Positions 60,184 through 64,000 of a stretch of 64,000 bases of DNA are shown here, piece by piece; position 1 is the first letter of the stretch, and each line of letters opens with the position of its first letter. Source of the stretch: Paludibacteraceae bacterium (GTDB lineage: Bacteria; Bacteroidota; Bacteroidia; Bacteroidales; Paludibacteraceae). The DNA lies in the NCBI GenBank assembly GCA_051870915.1, contig JBJECI010000024.1:1423-65422 (forward strand), in the 5' to 3' direction. The notes under the pieces were generated by a model. It did not search any database. It saw nothing but the letters and a program-made list of their open reading frames with translations, and had not been told where the DNA came from. Position numbers and translations under genes: made by a program.

Positions 60184-62193
60184 TTGTCTTTCCTTCACCA
60201 CATATTCGCTTTTGACAGCAACTCGCCGTTGCTCTTCACCCAGTTCTACTTCTGGGCGTTCTTTGCGATTGTCTATTCTGTCTTCGCACTGATAGTCCGC
60301 AAACAGACGAGTGCCCGTCTGCACCTGCGCAACGTCTTCCTGCTCTTCGTATCGTGGTTCTTCTACTACAAAACGAGCGGGCTCTTCCTGCTGATATTGG
60401 CGTTCGTAACCCTATCCGACTGGCTCATCGCCAAAGGAATATACCGTGCACGATATGCAACACCAAACTCTCCCCCTTTAAGGGGGAGTCGGAGAGGGTC
60501 TTTCCTCCTAATCTTATCCGTAGTGATAGACTTAGGACTATTGGCGTACTTCAAGTATGCTTACTTCTTCACCAACATGGTGAACGACCTGTTTGGGTGC
60601 TCCTTCGAGGTGTTCGATGTCTTTGCCTACGTAGGCAACGGCTTTCGGACGACAGGGCAGTTCGACGTGGAGAGTATCGTGCTGCCCGTAGGTATCAGTT
60701 TCTACATCTTCCAAGTCATCTCCTACACGGCGGACATCTATCGGGGAAAGATAAAGCCTGTGAGCAACCTGCTCGACTTCGGCTTCTACGTATCCTTCTT
60801 CCCACAGTTGGTGGCAGGTCCGATAGTCCGCGCCGAGGAGTTCATCCCCCAGTTGTACAAGCCTTTCCACCTGAGCAGGCGACAGTTCGGGATGGCGGTC
60901 TTTTGGATACTCAACGGACTGACGAAGAAAATCATACTGAGCGACTACTTGGCAGTGAACTTCATAGACCGCGTGTTTGATAACCCGCTGCTGTTCAGTG
61001 GCTTTGAGAACCTCTTTGCGCTCTTTGCCTACTCGCTGCAAGTCTATGCCGACTTCTCCGGCTACACGGATATAGCCATCGGCGTGGCGATGTTAATGGG
61101 CTTCTACCTGCCCAAGAACTTCAACTCTCCCTACAAAGCACAGAACCCGCAGGAGTTTTGGCGCAGATGGCATATGTCGCTCTCGCGCTGGTTGAAGAAC
61201 TACCTCTATATCCCGCTGGGCGGCAACCGCAATGCCACCTTCGGCACGTATTTCTGGATAGCACTCATTGCCCTCATCGCCTTGGTGCTGACAGGCTCGT
61301 GGGCAGCAACGGCGGTGATAGCCGCAGTGGCGGTAGTCGTAGCGCTGGTAGCGTACTTCCGACCCGCTCACCGCAAACTGCTCTACGCCAACCTCAACTC
61401 GTTCATCACCATGCTGCTCGGAGGACTATGGCACGGAGCCAGTTGGAACTTCATGATTTGGGGAGGACTGAACGGTATAGGGATGATAGTCAATAAGTTC
61501 TGGCGCACGATGGGGTGGAACCTTCGGCTTATCCTGCTGACAGCGCTGACCTTCTCCCTCATGCTCGCCGACCACTTCACCCACCTGCCCGCCATTCGGG
61601 TCTTCACCGTCTGGGCACTCATCGTCTGGGCAGGGACGATGGTACGATACATGCGACGAATCTTCTTGGATAAAGGATTCAGGATAAAGGATAAAGGACT
61701 AAATAGTACTGGGGACGCGGGCGTCTCGCCCGCGGTAGAAAAGCATTATACCGAGAACTCAAATCCAAAGGTAATAAGTCCTTCATCTTGTGTCCTTTAT
61801 CCTTCATCCTTCATCTCCAAAGCGTGGGCTGTGTTGCAGACCTTTACGTTCATCACCTTCACACGTCTGTTCTTCCGCTCGGGCTCGAACCTCGACCCTG
61901 CTACCGCCAACCAAGTGGCGTGGGAGACGGCAACCAACATGATGAACCAGATAGGCGGAGCATGGGATAGCAGTATCATCCCTGCGTTCATGCGAGAGTA
62001 TTGGGCAGTGGTAGTGCTGTTTGTGCTGGGTATGGTGATACACTGGCTGCCCGACAAGTGGAAGCAGTGGTATCGTCTGCGCTTTGCCTCCCTGCCGCTG
62101 TGGGCAATGCTGCTCGCGGTAGCCGCGGTAGTGTTCATCGTCTATCAGTTCATCACAGCAGATATGCAACCGTTCATCTATTTCCAATTCTAA
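60184..62193 (+). CDS. MBOAT-family O-acyltransferase (AlgI/PatA-like) with two repeat insertions
   Basis: 669-aa polytopic ORF with TTG start. MBOAT motifs FWRRWHMSLSRWLKNYLYIPLGGN and GLWHGASWNF. Insertions lie at 60466-60500 and 61669-61815. Confidence 0.88.
   Translation: MSFLHHIFAFDSNSPLLFTQFYFWAFFAIVYSVFALIVRKQTSARLHLRNVFLLFVSWFFYYKTSGLFLLILAFVTLSDWLIAKGIYRARYATPNSPPLRGSRRGSFLLILSVVIDLGLLAYFKYAYFFTNMVNDLFGCSFEVFDVFAYVGNGFRTTGQFDVESIVLPVGISFYIFQVISYTADIYRGKIKPVSNLLDFGFYVSFFPQLVAGPIVRAEEFIPQLYKPFHLSRRQFGMAVFWILNGLTKKIILSDYLAVNFIDRVFDNPLLFSGFENLFALFAYSLQVYADFSGYTDIAIGVAMLMGFYLPKNFNSPYKAQNPQEFWRRWHMSLSRWLKNYLYIPLGGNRNATFGTYFWIALIALIALVLTGSWAATAVIAAVAVVVALVAYFRPAHRKLLYANLNSFITMLLGGLWHGASWNFMIWGGLNGIGMIVNKFWRTMGWNLRLILLTALTFSLMLADHFTHLPAIRVFTVWALIVWAGTMVRYMRRIFLDKGFRIKDKGLNSTGDAGVSPAVEKHYTENSNPKVISPSSCVLYPSSFISKAWAVLQTFTFITFTRLFFRSGSNLDPATANQVAWETATNMMNQIGGAWDSSIIPAFMREYWAVVVLFVLGMVIHWLPDKWKQWYRLRFASLPLWAMLLAVAAVVFIVYQFITADMQPFIYFQF
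60466..60500. repeat. CTCCCCCTTTAAGGGGGAG hairpin inside the MBOAT CDS
   Basis: AACTCTCCCCCTTTAAGGGGGAGTCGGAGAGGGTC, translated NSPPLRGSRRGS. Compare 1238-1258. Confidence 0.88.
61669..61815. repeat. 147-nt MB element with a nested HP-C inside the MBOAT CDS
   Basis: GATAAAGGATTCAGGATAAAGGATAAAGGACTAAATAGTACT, HP-C at 61711-61735, then ...AAAGGTAATAAGTCCTTCATCTTGTGTCCTTTATCCTTCATCCTTCATC. Translated [49 protein letters not shown]. Confidence 0.92.
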
Positions 62194-62195
62194 TC

Positions 62196-62432
62196 AGCAG
62201 ACCGCGCTTCGCGCTGTCCGGGTGCAGCCAAACTCCCCCGCCTCTCCTGAAAGGAGGGGAGGGGGTAAGGGGGCGGGATGGTACATTCGGCAACAGCCGC
62301 AAAAAAGCAAATTGTAAAATAGTAAATGGTCAAATAGTCAAATACTGTCTGGGGGACGTCCCGACTGTGTCGCGGACAGCAAAGCGGTCGGACAATAAAA
62401 TGGTCAAATAGTAAATTGTCAAATTGTCAAAT
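62196..62432. repeat. GCGC hairpin, GD element and GTCAAAT word repeats between the MBOAT gene and coaE
   Basis: AGACCGCGCTTCGCGCTGTC. GD at 62231-62303. CAAATTGTAAAATAGTAAATGGTCAAATAGTCAAAT and GGTCAAATAGTAAATTGTCAAATTGTCAAAT. Confidence 0.88.
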
Positions 62433-62439
62433 AAAAGAC

Positions 62440-63147
62440 ATGTTAATCGGTATCACAGGCGGAATAGGAAGTGGCAAGTCCAGGATAGCGCAGGCACTGC
62501 GCAGTCGGGGCTATGCCGTGTACGATACAGATACAGAGGCGAAGCGGATTATCGTGGAGAATCCGATGGTGCGTTCGCAGGTAGAGATGCTCTTCGGCTC
62601 GCAGGTGTTCGAGGGGGATGTCTATCGGACGCAGTTAGTAGCCAAGCAGGTCTTCCACCACCCCGACTTGTTGGCGGAACTGAACCATATCGTCCACCCC
62701 GCCGTTGCCTTCCACCTCAAGCAATGGGCAAAAGAGCAGAAGGGGACCCACCCCAGCCCTCCCCAAAGTTACCCCACTGCGCGTTGCTTGCAGGGACCCC
62801 AAGAGGGAGGGAGGTTAGAGACTACACCCATATGTTTCGTAGAATCGGCTATCTTGTTTGCAAGCGGCTTGGACCAACTCTGCGACAAGATAGTGGTGGT
62901 AACCGCGCCGGAAGCGTTGCGCATTGAGCGTACCATACAGCGTGATTACCGCGGGGAGCGGACGGCGGAGAACATCGCCAAAGTGAAGCAGCGGATTGCC
63001 GCACAAACAGAAGAAGAGTCTGCCATGCGCCGCTGCCAAGACACCAGCCTCAATAAACATAATTTCATACTCACACTCATTAACGATGGTGCACTCTCCA
63101 TAGAAGAACTGACGAATGAGATTATTCGCTCTGCTTACAAAATGTAA
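62440..63147 (+). CDS. coaE: Dephospho-CoA kinase with a repeat insertion
   Basis: The ATG at 62440 gives MLIGITGGIGSGKS (P-loop). The body is typical of CoaE. The segment GTHPSPPQSYPTARCLQGPQEGGRLE (62744-62816) interrupts it. Confidence 0.88.
   Translation: MLIGITGGIGSGKSRIAQALRSRGYAVYDTDTEAKRIIVENPMVRSQVEMLFGSQVFEGDVYRTQLVAKQVFHHPDLLAELNHIVHPAVAFHLKQWAKEQKGTHPSPPQSYPTARCLQGPQEGGRLETTPICFVESAILFASGLDQLCDKIVVVTAPEALRIERTIQRDYRGERTAENIAKVKQRIAAQTEEESAMRRCQDTSLNKHNFILTLINDGALSIEELTNEIIRSAYKM
62744..62816. repeat. GG element inside coaE
   Basis: GGACCCACCCCAGCCCTCCCCAAAGTTACCCCACTGCGCGTTGCTTGCAGGGACCCCAAGAGGGAGGGAGGTT, an imperfect palindrome and homolog of 9201-9274. Confidence 0.88.
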
Positions 63148-63198
63148 GTAGCCTTAGGGAATATCAACAGCTATTCAAGGACAGAAAGATATGCCTCA

Positions 63199-63230
63199 TT
63201 TGCATATTTCGGAAAAAAGTAGTACCTTTG
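63199..63230 (+). promoter_or_regulatory. Promoter for the PBP4-like gene
   Basis: TTTG at 63199-63202 and TACCTTTG at 63223-63230, spacing 20 nt. Context TTTGCATATTTCGGAAAAAAGTAGTACCTTTG. Confidence 0.68.
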
Positions 63231-63284
63231 CAAGCGAAATAGATAAACATTATTTTAATTTCAAAGAGAAACCGTATAAAGATT

Positions 63285-64000
63285 GTGCATATATTATTGA
63301 GCATATTGCTGTCGGTGGGCGTGCTATTGGAGAACCCGCTGACAGAGCAGGCGAACATCAGCGTGCTGGTGAAGAACATCGACACGCAGGAGACGATAGA
63401 CAGTTACCGCGAAGAGAACGTGGTGCCCCCCGCATCGGTAATGAAACTGCTGACTACGGGCGCGGCATTGGAGTTATTAGGCGCGGATTTCCGCTTCGTA
63501 ACCACGCTGGAGACCTCCGCGCCTATAGAAGACGGGGTGCTGAAAGGCGACCTATATATCAAAGGCTCGTGCGACCCCTCGTTGGGTCTGCTCCTCGGCA
63601 GGGGGCGCGGCAACGGCTCTGTCCCGAATACCACCACCGCCTTCCTTGCCAAATGGGCGAAAGCCGTGATGGACGCGGGGATACGGAGGATAGAAGGGCG
63701 CGTGGTGGCAGACATGACGCTGCTGGACGGAGACGTGGTGAACCCCGCATGGCTCTGGGAAGACGCGGGCAACTACTACGCCCCGGGCGTGTTCGGTATC
63801 AACTACTTGGGCAACAGCCTGAATATCGTACTCAAGAGCGGCGAGGTAGGCAGCGTGGCGGAGGTAACGCGCATAGAGCCTTACTACCCCGACCTGCAAC
63901 TGATTAACCATATCCGCTGCACGCAAATCACCTACGACGGCGCATTCGTACACGGGCTGCCGTACAGCAAAGAGCGTTACCTGACGGGCTCTATCCCCTC
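63285..64000 (+). CDS. dacB: D-alanyl-D-alanine carboxypeptidase/endopeptidase (PBP4 family), 5' part, runs off the window
   Basis: This frame is not in the ORF track because it has no stop before the window end. My translation from GTG 63285 is HILLSILLSVGVLLENPLTEQANISVLVKNIDTQETIDSYREENVVPPASVMKLLTTGAALELLG...GDLYIKGSCDPSLG, with an SxxK motif (SVMK). The start codon is uncertain. Confidence 0.8.
   Translation, partial: MHILLSILLSVGVLLENPLTEQANISVLVKNIDTQETIDSYREENVVPPASVMKLLTTGAALELLGADFRFVTTLETSAPIEDGVLKGDLYIKGSCDPSLGLLLGRGRGNGSVPNTTTAFLAKWAKAVMDAGIRRIEGRVVADMTLLDGDVVNPAWLWEDAGNYYAPGVFGINYLGNSLNIVLKSGEVGSVAEVTRIEPYYPDLQLINHIRCTQITYDGAFVHGLPYSKERYLTGSIP

Noticed and set aside
63191-63907. 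238-aa ORF from the track (MPHLHISEKSS...).
   Set aside because: It gives an Arg/Gly-rich nonsense translation. Another frame, open to the window end, encodes a clear PBP4-like protein with an SVMK motif.

Overview
This is a chromosomal segment of a Bacteroidota genome, probably Bacteroidales and Prevotellaceae-like. The taxon is inferred from gene content, -33 TTTG / -7 TAnnTTTG promoters, a T9SS C-terminal sorting domain and the DUF1599 / BT_3928-like / tpiA neighbourhood. Coding DNA is GC-rich. There are about 48 protein genes, almost all core housekeeping: XerC/D-type recombinase, hpf, nrnA-like, pyrH, frr, rsgA, gap, trxB, LolA-like, ftsK, rseC-like plus rnfBCDGEA, rpe, comEC, xseA, dcp, tpiA, ruvA, smpB, malQ, glyQS, alpha-glucan phosphorylase, dxs, trkA, trkH, an SGNH + MBOAT pair, coaE and a partial dacB-like PBP4. 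There is also one large BspA-like LRR surface protein and three tRNAs (Ser-UGA, Arg-ACG, Asp-GUC). I see no CRISPR array, prophage, integrative element, toxin-antitoxin pair or recognisable defence island, and I cannot point to a novel multi-gene system. What is unusual is the density of short modular repeats. HP-A is a 25-nt hairpin, GGAGGTGCGGTCTCCAGGCCGCACC. MB is a ~110-nt MITE-like element with arms GGATGAAGGACACAGGATGAAAGAC and its reverse complement. HP-C is the hairpin GGGGACGCAGGCGTCTCGCCTGCGG. GD is a ~75-nt G/C-rich element starting AACTCCCCCGCCTCTCCTGAAAGGAGGGGAGGGGG. GG is a ~73-nt element. W covers tandem 'word' repeats such as CATAATT, TTAACAA, AAATTTG and GTTTCAA. These fill most intergenic gaps and 5' leaders. 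Copies also lie in-frame inside at least 11 conserved housekeeping CDSs (dxs, malQ, coaE, nrnA, XerC/D, rnfG, ftsK, LolA-like, MBOAT, SGNH, DUF5686), which resembles Rickettsia palindromic elements. Secondary leads are two promoter-plus-terminator-bounded candidate sRNAs, a TTTGCCACA motif cluster around an AT-rich tract, a Cys/His-rich tail on RnfG, and an Avd-like four-helix-bundle gene bracketed by 23-nt direct repeats. All coordinates were read by eye and anchored on the ORF track. Repeat boundaries are approximate to a few nt.
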